Virus record (IMG/VR): IMGVR_UViG_3300017716_002841
Span: 41,317 to 105,316 of that record
Source of the DNA: a virus
Reading direction: 5' to 3' (one strand)
Length of the DNA: 64,000 nucleotides
A program made the position numbers and the translations under genes. Below, one piece after another: positions 20,007 through 30,283 of the stretch. A model generated the notes under the pieces. That model ran no database searches, was not told the DNA's origin, and saw only the letters and a program-made list of their open reading frames with translations. How positions within the stretch are numbered: position 1 is the stretch's first letter; every line of letters begins with the position of its first letter.

Positions 20007-20800
20007 TTATCTGATTTTGTTATGTTATATTTTTTTATGATATAATTGTACTTGTCCGAGACATCCTTATACGACTGACCATATTCAGTAGTTAATTTAT
20101 CATTTGGAATTATCAACTTACCACCGTGGGTTATATGAAGGAACACATATTCACTAACGCATTGAAAGTAACCGCATTCTTTAACATTACCTGAGAATAG
20201 TTTGTATACATTATATTGTTTACAAAAATGCTGTACATCAATTCCCTCAATAGATCTGTATGTCTTATCCTTAAATGTACTTAGTATTTGTATTAGAGTC
20301 TCTCGCTTCCAGATAGATGGATTTACGTTGTATATATAATTATCGGGATCTGTCTGCTTAACAAGATACAATCTACTATTATAGAGTTTATCTGTAGCCG
20401 TGTTACACCATGTTATAGAGTCGTCGGATGATACATCCGCTAAAATACTATCTTTATTAATAGAAACATATTTTAAATCAATACGATCCCAATTATATTG
20501 CTGAGCTAATTTGTTTATTTTTAATATACAATCTTCGTTTATATTAACAATAATATCTATATCGTGCGTTAACAGTATATAAGTATCATCAATTTGCAAT
20601 AGACAGCTCAATAGTCTCGACGCGTATGTGTCAGCGTCATTGTAGAATATAACCTTATCGTAATGTCTTGTGATATAATTTATATCGTGAGTTGATTCGT
20701 TAATAAACAATGTATGCTTACCACCATTGCAGATATGATCTGTCTGTATTTCAAGAATATCTAGGTAGTCTGTGTGACTATAGACTGTAAAATTTACCAT
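19994..20800 (-). CDS. Glycosyltransferase-like hypothetical protein (GT-A)
   Basis: YASRL..CL, LTHDIDI (DxD), NPSIWK. Confidence 0.45.
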   Translation of the reverse strand: MVNFTVYSHTDYLDILEIQTDHICNGGKHTLFINESTHDINYITRHYDKVIFYNDADTYASRLLSCLLQIDDTYILLTHDIDIIVNINEDCILKINKLAQQYNWDRIDLKYVSINKDSILADVSSDDSITWCNTATDKLYNSRLYLVKQTDPDNYIYNVNPSIWKRETLIQILSTFKDKTYRSIEGIDVQHFCKQYNVYKLFSGNVKECGYFQCVSEYVFLHITHGGKLIIPNDKLTTEYGQSYKDVSDKYNYIIKKYNITKSDKWKI

Positions 20801-22026
20801 ATTTGTATATCCTTAAACTTGTTCATATTAATGCACCACGGTGAGTTTAGCCCACCGTCTATTTTTTTAACATCTTGTTTGAGTACTGTAATTGTATCGT
20901 ACTGAATGCTTTTATTCCAACCTGCAACTGCAGATTTTGTATAAGAAATAGTAACTGTATCACTATCAATATCGATAATTTCACCTACAATATTATCTAC
21001 CGACACTCTCATAAATAATTTAAATTCATCATTACTTTCATGGTAAGTATCATTAAAGGGTATATAATTAACTGGCTTAAAAGAATATTCAAACCGTTTA
21101 TTAACATCAAGAAAACCTGGTGAATTTAAAGATATAAGATTACAGCTATTTTTGGAATATAATACGTTACACAGTCCACCTCCTATAGCACCAATAACGT
21201 ATCGTGCGTTAGCGAATAAAAATATTTTTTCTATTGTAGTGAGAGTCTCGGTAAATACTTCTTGATACTTATTCTTTTGTAGATAGTTTATCAATTCATC
21301 TTCGTTTACTAACCGTCGTCTCGTTGTGTAATCCGTTCCTATATTGGATAAATTACCATGTAACCAACTCCTTCTCGATACATATATATTACTAATAATA
21401 CCTGGGCTATTATTGTTTTGTAATACTTGCTCTGTAATAGTATTATATAGTTTGTAGACTTCGTATCTAGGTGGTAAGTTAGAATTAATACCGTGTGTAT
21501 AAGAGTCTGAAATATAGAGAGTTTTATAAACAGTATCATCACGAACTACTTTAATGTCGTCTGAATTAATATTGAGTAGCTCAAGTAATTCATTAACGAA
21601 ATTATATTGCGTAGTCCTAACACTATTAGGATAATTCATTAACAGTTTTAACCTAGGCTCCGTTTTTCGTAAATGTAAGTATGATATTAGATACGGTAGT
21701 GTATCATATACAAAATGATAATAGTTGTCTGTATTATACACAAAAAAGAAGCAAGGCTCTTCGTCATATAACGGTATATTTTGATCTGTATATTCAATCG
21801 TTGATATGGCTTTAATACTCTTTAACGACATTACCTGTTCATTTATAGGTGCATACAGCTCAGTAGTATCTTTAGAATATGCTAATATATTAGGGTAATA
21901 TAAATTAGAACCAGTAAACACCACATAATTAAGAGTATATATATTAACCTCTCTACCATTATCATCCATAGGAAGAAAATTAACTTTTACCTCTATAGAG
22001 TGTATATCTTTAATATTATATAACAT
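20794..22026 (-). CDS. GT61-family glycosyltransferase
   Basis: NYYHFVYDTLP, IYVSRR, RRLVNEDEL, LFANARYVIGAIGGGLCN. Confidence 0.8.
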   Translation of the reverse strand: MLYNIKDIHSIEVKVNFLPMDDNGREVNIYTLNYVVFTGSNLYYPNILAYSKDTTELYAPINEQVMSLKSIKAISTIEYTDQNIPLYDEEPCFFFVYNTDNYYHFVYDTLPYLISYLHLRKTEPRLKLLMNYPNSVRTTQYNFVNELLELLNINSDDIKVVRDDTVYKTLYISDSYTHGINSNLPPRYEVYKLYNTITEQVLQNNNSPGIISNIYVSRRSWLHGNLSNIGTDYTTRRRLVNEDELINYLQKNKYQEVFTETLTTIEKIFLFANARYVIGAIGGGLCNVLYSKNSCNLISLNSPGFLDVNKRFEYSFKPVNYIPFNDTYHESNDEFKLFMRVSVDNIVGEIIDIDSDTVTISYTKSAVAGWNKSIQYDTITVLKQDVKKIDGGLNSPWCINMNKFKDIQIW

Positions 22027-22027
22027 A

Positions 22028-22822
22028 TTACACCCACCCTTGATCAGGGTGCATTAGGTATTGATGAACATTAACTGCGTTACCTCTTAAGAGAGCAGCC
22101 CATATACCACAGTTACCCGAATGTGTAACGAGGTGATTACATTTAGATACAATGCTTGTTGAGCTTAAAATTCTCTGAGCAAACTTATGTCTTTGATCAG
22201 AACTTATTATATGCTGTAATGCTATATTCTTGTTACTTTTTATACAAGGCATTTCTTCAAAGAAAAACGAACATTCAAAATTTCGTTGAAATTCATTTCT
22301 AAATTCTACTTCATCAGTTTGAATAAGAAATCTAATTTGGTTATTCTTATCGTAAATTTGCTGACACTTATTAAAGAATTCCGTATAGGATGCGATTCCT
22401 GTTTCGGTTGATTTATCGTTACCACGATAAAAGACTGAAACCGTATTATCGTATTCTATATTGTATTTTTCTTCTAATTTTTTATTGTACTTTTCAATAA
22501 CGTCACTCAGGCTAAAATACTTATAGATAAATGGTGTTATATTTTTAAAATCGAGTTGATTGTATGCTGTAAATTGGTGGTTGTGATGATAATCAATCTC
22601 TTTAACATACTCAATATTATTGGATTGCGTACATTTAAATAATAATGAATTTAAATCTTCGTTAGGATCATAAGGATTAATTTTATACGAGGCAAATTGA
22701 AAGCTTGAATTTATTGACGACGGTAGACGTTTTTGTATATTAAAAAAATTTATAATATCGTATAATCTAACCGAGCAGCATGAAAAAAAGCCAGAGTTAT
22801 GTGTTATGGTTAGCTCACTCAT
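22028..22822 (-). CDS. Fucosyltransferase-like protein (NodZ/GT23-type)
   Basis: SGFFS, VFYRGNDK, LIQTDE, SKCNHLV..SGN. Confidence 0.65.
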   Translation of the reverse strand: MSELTITHNSGFFSCCSVRLYDIINFFNIQKRLPSSINSSFQFASYKINPYDPNEDLNSLLFKCTQSNNIEYVKEIDYHHNHQFTAYNQLDFKNITPFIYKYFSLSDVIEKYNKKLEEKYNIEYDNTVSVFYRGNDKSTETGIASYTEFFNKCQQIYDKNNQIRFLIQTDEVEFRNEFQRNFECSFFFEEMPCIKSNKNIALQHIISSDQRHKFAQRILSSTSIVSKCNHLVTHSGNCGIWAALLRGNAVNVHQYLMHPDQGWV

Positions 22823-22823
22823 A

Positions 22824-23393
22824 TTAAACTCCCTGTTGACCACCCGGGCTTATATTAATAAACACCTTTACATTTTTATTTACAGAGCAAGCCACTGTTG
22901 GTTGTAACATCGCACATTTTATATCTTTTCGTGTACGTAACGTTTCGATTAGCAAGTGATGATCACCTCCTTTATATGTTCCGTTTTTAGCTTCTTGCTG
23001 TTTTTCATTACATTTTATCATCCAGTCGTTGACGAATGAGATTACTTCATCACTATATTTAAAAAATATTAACGCACTATGAGGAGTTTTCATGTCATGT
23101 ATTCTCGTTACAGCTGCCATATCGTAATTAATATTATCCATTTCTATAGGTAAATCATTAACTACACAGTCTGCATCTATCCATATAATATTACGCTTTT
23201 GAGTTTTAAGTGTTTCAAGAATAATTGACGGTTTAAGTAGACAGTTATCGTTGTATGTACCGTTAAGCTTTGGTGCATGTATTAATATCTGACCCCCTAG
23301 TTTTTCAATTGTATGTTTAAGAGCTTCCGCAGATTTTTTATAATACAATGTATCATTATAATCATAATAAAATGTAGTGAATAGTGTTTTCAT
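22824..23393 (-). CDS. Small GT-A glycosyltransferase (GT34/GT77-like)
   Basis: LKPSIILETL, IIWIDAD. Confidence 0.6.
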   Translation of the reverse strand: MKTLFTTFYYDYNDTLYYKKSAEALKHTIEKLGGQILIHAPKLNGTYNDNCLLKPSIILETLKTQKRNIIWIDADCVVNDLPIEMDNINYDMAAVTRIHDMKTPHSALIFFKYSDEVISFVNDWMIKCNEKQQEAKNGTYKGGDHHLLIETLRTRKDIKCAMLQPTVACSVNKNVKVFINISPGGQQGV

Positions 23394-24241
23394 AATGCAT
23401 TAATGTAGTCGAATAAGTAATCATCAGACAGCTTTAATGTCTTTAAGGTTTCAAGATTATTTTGTACAGCTTGTAATTTCATATTATATAATTCTGGTGT
23501 TAAGCTGTTAATAATTTCTTCCTCCTTACCAGGTTCAAGCACAATTATACCATTAGGATCAAATATTTCAAGAACTTTTGCTGCACCTCTATAAACAGGC
23601 ACTGCGCCTGCCGCTATAGTATCAGTAAATTTCTCTGTAAAATAATTTTCTGTAACACCGTTTTCAACTACTATATGAAACATATAATCCCGTATACCAT
23701 CGATTTTAGTATCCCATAAAGATAAATGAGATTGTGGTGTTGATACTATACCTCCATACACATCTACATTTTTTGTCATTGCATATCTCGCTACTTTATG
23801 TCTATATGCATGCTCTTCTGTTATAATTTTATGAGAACAAAACATAGAACATAATTTTGTCTTTGGATAAACATTCCACAACTCTTTTTTAATCCATGGG
23901 TAGTTACTACCCGTATAAGCATATACAAAATTACTATTTAAATTTAATAATTCTTGTTCGCATGTAAAAATTTTATAAAAATATTTGTCAAATAAAATCT
24001 CATGATTTTTAATTAACCAATTATATACATCAGGAATTATGAATATAGATTCACACACCCAACCGAATCGCTTTTTTTTATCTATACTTAGATCTGGAGT
24101 TTGTGCTTTCATACCATGATCAATATAGATGTTGTAATCACCATGCCATGGAGACCATCTAAAATCTTTTGGTAGTAGATTAGAACACGAAGAGTGTTCA
24201 TAATTAAACGGCATTCCTATTCCTTTTAAAGTTGTACTCAT
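23390..24241 (-). CDS. GT10 alpha-1,3-fucosyltransferase-like protein
   Basis: YMFHIVVEN...NYFTEKFTD...GAVPVYRG. Confidence 0.8.
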   Translation of the reverse strand: MSTTLKGIGMPFNYEHSSCSNLLPKDFRWSPWHGDYNIYIDHGMKAQTPDLSIDKKKRFGWVCESIFIIPDVYNWLIKNHEILFDKYFYKIFTCEQELLNLNSNFVYAYTGSNYPWIKKELWNVYPKTKLCSMFCSHKIITEEHAYRHKVARYAMTKNVDVYGGIVSTPQSHLSLWDTKIDGIRDYMFHIVVENGVTENYFTEKFTDTIAAGAVPVYRGAAKVLEIFDPNGIIVLEPGKEEEIINSLTPELYNMKLQAVQNNLETLKTLKLSDDYLFDYINAL

Positions 24242-24243
24242 AT

Positions 24244-25047
24244 TTATCTCCAGGCTTTTATATATTCTAACGTCTGTTCTAAGCTAAATCTTGTTATTTT
24301 TAAATACTCTTGCTCATTAAGTTTATATGATGCATGTGTATCTTCTCTATTCTTATTTTCATCGCTAATGTGTGGTAGGTGAAGCAAAAACGGTTTAATT
24401 GTATTAATCGAGTATATAGGTATTTTTAATTTTCTTGCACGTACTATTATCTCATTATCTTCATAACCCCAACCTTTAAAGTTTGGGTTAAACCCTCCTA
24501 TATCAATAAACGTTTGTCTCTTACCGAATAATACACCACCTACAGCTTTAGTATTAGCAACGTGATAGTGTTCATTGGTATATCCAGTTTGTATATTTGC
24601 TGTGTCTATAAATGACACTAAGAAATCATATAAAGACTCTGTAATATCAATTATCTTATCCTTAACTGTATAATTAAAGTATATAGCGATACCATTATAA
24701 CCTATACATATACCGCCTGTATCTTCTAGTGTATTAATAGTCTTCTCAATATTTTGCTTACTTACGATGCAGTCAATATCAAGAAAACAAACAATATCTG
24801 TTGTACAACCCCTTAACCCGATGTTATATCCCTTACATTTGTTATGTTGACCTTCATTATAAAAATAAATATATTGAATCCTTTTATCGTCTTTCAAGTA
24901 TTCAAAATTTTGTATTTTATCGTCTTCAATAACTATAAATTTACAAGTAGGTAGTATATTTTTATAGTATGCAATAACTATATCTACATTTTTAGCACGT
25001 TCTTCAGTATCTTTACGTAGATGTATAATAAAAGTTATATCACTCAT
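24244..25047 (-). CDS. GT2/GT7-type glycosyltransferase
   Basis: FLDID, IGGFNPNFKGWGYEDNE. Confidence 0.8.
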   Translation of the reverse strand: MSDITFIIHLRKDTEERAKNVDIVIAYYKNILPTCKFIVIEDDKIQNFEYLKDDKRIQYIYFYNEGQHNKCKGYNIGLRGCTTDIVCFLDIDCIVSKQNIEKTINTLEDTGGICIGYNGIAIYFNYTVKDKIIDITESLYDFLVSFIDTANIQTGYTNEHYHVANTKAVGGVLFGKRQTFIDIGGFNPNFKGWGYEDNEIIVRARKLKIPIYSINTIKPFLLHLPHISDENKNREDTHASYKLNEQEYLKITRFSLEQTLEYIKAWR

Positions 25048-25789
25048 ATATAAATTTATCTGAGATTTTAACACCCTCGTATTGCTGTTTTATGTTTTGA
25101 AAAGCTTGGTGTTTTTGTTCATAAGCACTTACATAGGCAGGGTTGTTGTGTGTACCGCCAAAGTCAATACCTGTATCTTCTTTAGTACCATCAAATTTAT
25201 TTTTATACCAACTCATACCCTCTAAGTGTATATAGTAACTAGTTGAAAGATCTACATTACCAATTTTAAGGTTATGCTTCTTAATATCTTCTAAAAATGT
25301 AGATCCAATATCATATATCTTATAAGTCTTAAAACTGTCTTTCATTCTTTCTTCGTCAAAGAAAGTAATATTATGTTGTTTAATTTTATCTACATTAATA
25401 AAACAATGCCACGGGTTGACTCTATTATAGATAGACTTACCTCCTCGATCACCTTCCACTTTACCCATAATAGCTAAATTCATATCCTTAAATTGCTTAA
25501 AGATAGAGCTATGATCTTGCATGAAAATAACATCTGTATCAACAAGTAAAGCATATTTAGTTTTACATAACTTTAAAGCCTCATTAACACCATCACCATG
25601 ACTCAAACCTGGATGTGAGATATAGGGAACTTTGTGATCTCTCAGTAAATTTGTTGTATCATTATTTGTTGAATTGTCGACAATAATAAGTCGCTGCGTT
25701 CTATTATGTACATGCATCCACGACTTTAACATTGTTAGTGTTATATCAGGTGTATTATAAGAGCATGTAATTAATGTTAAATCATCCAT
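25040..25789 (-). CDS. GT2 glycosyltransferase
   Basis: TCSYN, IVDNS, HGDGVN, LVDTDV. Confidence 0.75.
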   Translation of the reverse strand: MDDLTLITCSYNTPDITLTMLKSWMHVHNRTQRLIIVDNSTNNDTTNLLRDHKVPYISHPGLSHGDGVNEALKLCKTKYALLVDTDVIFMQDHSSIFKQFKDMNLAIMGKVEGDRGGKSIYNRVNPWHCFINVDKIKQHNITFFDEERMKDSFKTYKIYDIGSTFLEDIKKHNLKIGNVDLSTSYYIHLEGMSWYKNKFDGTKEDTGIDFGGTHNNPAYVSAYEQKHQAFQNIKQQYEGVKISDKFIYE

Positions 25790-26622
25790 TTGGATTTTAT
25801 ATCTTTGAGATTATTGATAACACCTTCTTTACTAATATGTGGACACATATTAGGATAAAAGCCGTGTATATTACGGTATACTTCTCTACCTACATTTATA
25901 TTTTTAATCCATTCCTCTTTATTAGTAGATGTCGTACTCCTATCAATAGAGTCTGATGGTATACTCAAATATCTCACACTATCGTGTATATCTGCAAACC
26001 ACCAAAACGGTGGGTGTCCGTTAGCTTTTATAATTCTAAATGTATGGTCAACATGCTCCCATGCATTATGAAATTTTTCGTCGTGTAACCCTACGCTTTG
26101 CAATATTTCTTTTGTAAAAAAGCTGAATACACCAGCTACATGTTCATATAAATCAATCTTAACATTATTTTTATATTCAATAGTAATTTTTGGATTAGGT
26201 TTAGATTCATTATCTAGCAGATGTCTGTTATGTAGATCGTAATTACTGATAGTTTGACGTCTATTAAACGGTGTACCGGGTCCAAAATTAAAGTGTTGTA
26301 TGCCTGTCTCCTTACTTGCTTGTATATATCGATCAAAAATTAACTTATTAAGTATGATTGTATCATCTTCAATAATAAAGATATAATCACATCCTTTATC
26401 TAAGAGATGTTGCATAGCTTTATTTTTTGATTTACCAACACCTAAATTAGTATCATTTCTGATATAAGTACACGGATACGGAAAATTAGGACCAGATATA
26501 TTTTTACCATCATTAATAATAACAAGTTCATCAAAAGTACATATCTTGATACTGTTTAGTAAATTATGTAAGTATGTAGGTCTATCACATGTAATGATAC
26601 CAACACCAATCTTTTGTTTCAT
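25777..26622 (-). CDS. GT2 glycosyltransferase
   Basis: ITCDRP, IINDG, NLGVGKSKN, IIEDD, EHVD. Confidence 0.8.
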   Translation of the reverse strand: MKQKIGVGIITCDRPTYLHNLLNSIKICTFDELVIINDGKNISGPNFPYPCTYIRNDTNLGVGKSKNKAMQHLLDKGCDYIFIIEDDTIILNKLIFDRYIQASKETGIQHFNFGPGTPFNRRQTISNYDLHNRHLLDNESKPNPKITIEYKNNVKIDLYEHVAGVFSFFTKEILQSVGLHDEKFHNAWEHVDHTFRIIKANGHPPFWWFADIHDSVRYLSIPSDSIDRSTTSTNKEEWIKNINVGREVYRNIHGFYPNMCPHISKEGVINNLKDIKSKWMI

Positions 26623-26643
26623 ATATTCTATATAAGTTATTCC

Positions 26644-27405
26644 TTAAATTTTAAAATCAACTCTAGAATTTTTATTTCCTAAGCTATATTTTTCAAAAAG
26701 AGCTTTTTCTGCCTGTTCTTGTTCAAGAGCTGCTTTCTGCTGACTTACTAATGCTTCAAGCTCGTCGAGTTTGGAGGGATTAAAGATAGAATGTTCATCT
26801 CCAAAGATTTCACCGCTTGTATCAATATAATCAGATATTGTATCAATTCGTTGCTGTGGAGATGTAGGTAAAACAATTATACCAGGTGAATCGTCTTTTG
26901 GAAAAAATATATCAGCATCGTAGTTTTGTTCGTATTGATCCTTTAATGCGAAGAAAATATTATCAATTTCCTTAATATAATTAACATCTGTATCACGTGT
27001 TCCATCGTGTTCTATCTTAATAGAGTCATCATACTTAAGAAGGAAAATAATATCTAAATGCCTCATAGATTCCTTTGTAAGAGTAATACATTTCTCTACA
27101 AATTCTTTATCGAAACCATCTGACCCTTTTTCATGAGCCCAGAGTGTATACACAAGATTATCAAGAGGGCATCTATCAAAAATTACTTTAGATGTTTTAT
27201 CATAGGATTGAAGTTGATCGATCATATGATTTAAAATTGCCCATTGAGTATCTGAAGTTGTAGCAGATGAATGAGCTAGATCTTTTTCTTTAATAATGTC
27301 TCTATAAGTCTTTTCAGGTGTGGAGTATTGATTCCACACTGCTAAGAAGTTCTTAATGAGGGTTGTTTTACCAGTGTTTGCTGTTCCGCTAAATGCAATG
27401 CGCAT
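26644..27405 (-). CDS. P-loop nucleotide kinase-like protein (AAA_28/dNMP kinase-like)
   Basis: FSGTANTGKTT, IFDRCPLDNLVY, DGTRD. Confidence 0.7.
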   Translation of the reverse strand: MRIAFSGTANTGKTTLIKNFLAVWNQYSTPEKTYRDIIKEKDLAHSSATTSDTQWAILNHMIDQLQSYDKTSKVIFDRCPLDNLVYTLWAHEKGSDGFDKEFVEKCITLTKESMRHLDIIFLLKYDDSIKIEHDGTRDTDVNYIKEIDNIFFALKDQYEQNYDADIFFPKDDSPGIIVLPTSPQQRIDTISDYIDTSGEIFGDEHSIFNPSKLDELEALVSQQKAALEQEQAEKALFEKYSLGNKNSRVDFKI

Positions 27406-27423
27406 ATAAATATATAATCCGTG

Positions 27424-28026
27424 TTAAAAGTTTTTCAAGAAAGAAGCCCACTCATCCTTATAAAGATCTAAAGACATTCCATTATTTGGCTTACAAGGTC
27501 TATATCTTAATTTTAAACCTACTTGCTCTGGTGTAAAAGAAGCCTTTTTAGAGTTAAGAAGTCTATCGCAGCATACCATGTTTTCCCATGTATCCTTACC
27601 ACCTCTACTCTTAGGTATAATATGATCTACACTAATATTATCTTTAGATAATTTGACACCTGTATATACACACGTATAATTATCACGTTTAAGAATATTT
27701 TGTTTAGTAGGAAATTGTATTTTGTTGTGTATAACCTTATCAAATCGAGAACATATAACAACCGATGGTATACGAATAGGTCCTCTCGCTGTTTGAATGT
27801 ATTCATCAAACGGTCTGATAGGTAATTCTAACCATTCTTTAACATTAGATACAGGTACAAAATACTCGATATTTTCTAAATTAACAGTATTTTCATCTGT
27901 CATTTCATAGCTAATATTTAAAGGTACAACAGATCCGGAAAATATATTACCAAATGTTTTTTCAATACCTTCAACTGCTAACGGAAAATAAAACTTATTA
28001 AGTATAAGAACTTTATATAATTTCAT
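27424..28026 (-). CDS. HNH endonuclease (McrA-like)
   Basis: ILKRDNYTCVYTG, SVDHIIPKSRGG..TWENMVCC...N. Confidence 0.85.
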   Translation of the reverse strand: MKLYKVLILNKFYFPLAVEGIEKTFGNIFSGSVVPLNISYEMTDENTVNLENIEYFVPVSNVKEWLELPIRPFDEYIQTARGPIRIPSVVICSRFDKVIHNKIQFPTKQNILKRDNYTCVYTGVKLSKDNISVDHIIPKSRGGKDTWENMVCCDRLLNSKKASFTPEQVGLKLRYRPCKPNNGMSLDLYKDEWASFLKNF

Positions 28027-28787
28027 TAAACAGATAACGCTTTATCCCACACCAGTAGATGAAGTCTTGGACTAAAGTTAACACGTAATGCTTTAGCATA
28101 TTCAACAACAGCCGGCGCTCTCTCGATATGTTCGTTACGTGAACCACAACACGGCATAAACCAAATACGCTTTAGAGGTACATTAATTCCATTACTATCT
28201 AAAACATATTTACACCAGATTTCATCTATATCTTCTGAGCACGTAATGACAAATTTAAATCCCGAACCATTCTCCTTATGCCATTTTAAAACTTCAGGTT
28301 TATATGTTTTTTCTTCCGGATCGCCGTTTGTGGTTAGCTTAGGAGAGGTAGTAAACGTAGCTTTAAATTCTGTTACCCATCTAGAATCAGGCATAATAGT
28401 TGCATTTGTTTCAAAATCTATTTGCGGTAAAAACTCATATTTTAACACAAAAGCCTCGATAAACTTAATAAGTTGCTTACCTGATACAAGAGGTTCGCCG
28501 CCTGTAAGCTTAAAAATTGCACCATCTTTAAGATGATTAATGTGATTACCTGTTTCAAGTAGTTCAAAAATTTCGTTAAAAGTCATTTTATTTTTGACTG
28601 ACCAAGAGATATAAGAGTCGCAACCGTTAGGTGAATCCTCTGAAATAAATGCCGCGCAAGTTAAATTACAGCTAGCAAGTCTCATGAAAACAGAAGGCTT
28701 TCCTACATATTCTCCTTCTCCTTCAATAGTAAAAAATACAAAATCATTCGACAAAAACATTGTTTCTTTATCACAATCGATACTCAT
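28026..28787 (-). CDS. queE: 7-carboxy-7-deazaguanine synthase (radical SAM)
   Basis: FFTIEGEG..VGKPSVFMRL, CNLTC-x10-CD, TGGEP, ETNAT, SPKL, SPRLH; start refined to 28787 by the upstream promoter. Confidence 0.9.
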   Translation of the reverse strand: MSIDCDKETMFLSNDFVFFTIEGEGEYVGKPSVFMRLASCNLTCAAFISEDSPNGCDSYISWSVKNKMTFNEIFELLETGNHINHLKDGAIFKLTGGEPLVSGKQLIKFIEAFVLKYEFLPQIDFETNATIMPDSRWVTEFKATFTTSPKLTTNGDPEEKTYKPEVLKWHKENGSGFKFVITCSEDIDEIWCKYVLDSNGINVPLKRIWFMPCCGSRNEHIERAPAVVEYAKALRVNFSPRLHLLVWDKALSV

Positions 28788-28849
28788 AATTAAATTAATT
28801 ATAAAATAAGACATATCTTAATCAAGCATTTTGATTAAATATTTTTAAC

Positions 28850-29599
28850 ATGACCCGTAAAGTGGCGCGTAAGCGCAAGTCTGCTGGTTTGGAGGAAGTT
28901 TCAGAAATTGAAGCTTCTTTTCAAAAAAACTGGATACTTGATTTTAAAATCAAGAAACCTTTCCACTTCAACGCTAACCATCAACAATTTTTTAATTGTA
29001 TAAAAGATGATAGCACTAATATGGCTTTTGTTGCTGGTCCGGCAGGTTCAGCTAAGTCTTATATTGCCATATTAGCAGGTCTCGAGCTGCTTAAGGAGAA
29101 GAAAATAACAAGTATTATATACATTAGGTCTGTTATTGAATCGGCATCACGTAGCATTGGAGCTCTACCGGGAGAGATAGATGATAAGTTCTCTCCATAC
29201 GCAATGCCTCTTATCGAAAAAATAACAGAGATTACAGATACAAGTACATGTAATTCGCTTAAAACGAATAATATTATTCAAGCTATACCAGTTAATTTTG
29301 TAAGAGGTCTTACATTTAACGATTCACTTGTTATAGTAGATGAAGCTCAAAATTTACAAAAGTCGGAGCTTGTAACTATACTTACACGATTCGGTAAAAA
29401 TACTAAGTATGTTATTTGCGGCGACTTAAATCAAAGTGATATTGGTAAGCTTTCTGGTTTTAAAGAAGTATATGATCGATTTGATACTAGCGAATGCGTG
29501 GATCATAAAATCCACGCATTCGAATTTGGAGAATCTGAAATCGTTAGAAGTAAGATTCTTAAGTTTATCGTTAAAATACTAGAAGCCAAACAGCATTAA
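28850..29599 (+). CDS. phoH: PhoH-family ATPase
   Basis: GPAGSAKS, LPGEIDDK, RGLTF, DEAQN, GDLNQSD, IVRS. Confidence 0.93.
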   Translation: MTRKVARKRKSAGLEEVSEIEASFQKNWILDFKIKKPFHFNANHQQFFNCIKDDSTNMAFVAGPAGSAKSYIAILAGLELLKEKKITSIIYIRSVIESASRSIGALPGEIDDKFSPYAMPLIEKITEITDTSTCNSLKTNNIIQAIPVNFVRGLTFNDSLVIVDEAQNLQKSELVTILTRFGKNTKYVICGDLNQSDIGKLSGFKEVYDRFDTSECVDHKIHAFEFGESEIVRSKILKFIVKILEAKQH

Positions 29600-30264
29600 G
29601 CACCCCACGATGTCCCTGCGAACGGATTACTCATACCGTTTGATACCTGACCGTTACCTACACGAGCACCTCGATCTATTTGCTGAGGCGCCTGTTGAAT
29701 GTTAATAGGTTCTGTATGTGTAAACTCCGATGTAGACACCGATGGTTGAGCTTTTACTTCTGTATTAAAACTATAAGTTGTGACAGTAGGTAAATCTTCA
29801 GCTATTTCCGTTACATTATTAATAGAATAAGTCGCAGAATTTTCTTCATGTTCAAATACTTCAACTTTATCTACCCAGCATCTATTTTTTGTCAACTCAC
29901 GAACATGTCTATCAGCTATATTAAATACATTTTCAGCTGCCCGTTCAATACCTACGCCTTCTTTCATAATGTAAAGTTGAATAATACCTCTATCATGTAG
30001 ATGTTTAAAAGTCTCTAGCTCTGGATCATCAGCAGCAACTGTAGTAGTATGATCATAAATACTTTTTAGTTCTGCTTTAAGCTCTTTTAAACTTCCAAAA
30101 TCTACACACCAGTTTTTATCATCGAGAGATGAACCACTAAACCATATCTTAGCTTTAAGCTGATAACCGTGTAGAAAACGACAATGTGAATGTGAAGCGC
30201 GCCATTGTCTGAACGCACAGGAGCCAAGCTCGATTACTTTTGTTGACTGAAAAACAGGTTTCAT
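29596..30264 (-). CDS. queD: 6-carboxytetrahydropterin synthase-like protein with C-terminal extension
   Basis: HCRFLHGY, VDFGSLK, YDH, EVFEHEENSATY. Confidence 0.85.
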   Translation of the reverse strand: MKPVFQSTKVIELGSCAFRQWRASHSHCRFLHGYQLKAKIWFSGSSLDDKNWCVDFGSLKELKAELKSIYDHTTTVAADDPELETFKHLHDRGIIQLYIMKEGVGIERAAENVFNIADRHVRELTKNRCWVDKVEVFEHEENSATYSINNVTEIAEDLPTVTTYSFNTEVKAQPSVSTSEFTHTEPINIQQAPQQIDRGARVGNGQVSNGMSNPFAGTSWGA

Positions 30265-30283
30265 ATCAACAGTATAAATACAA

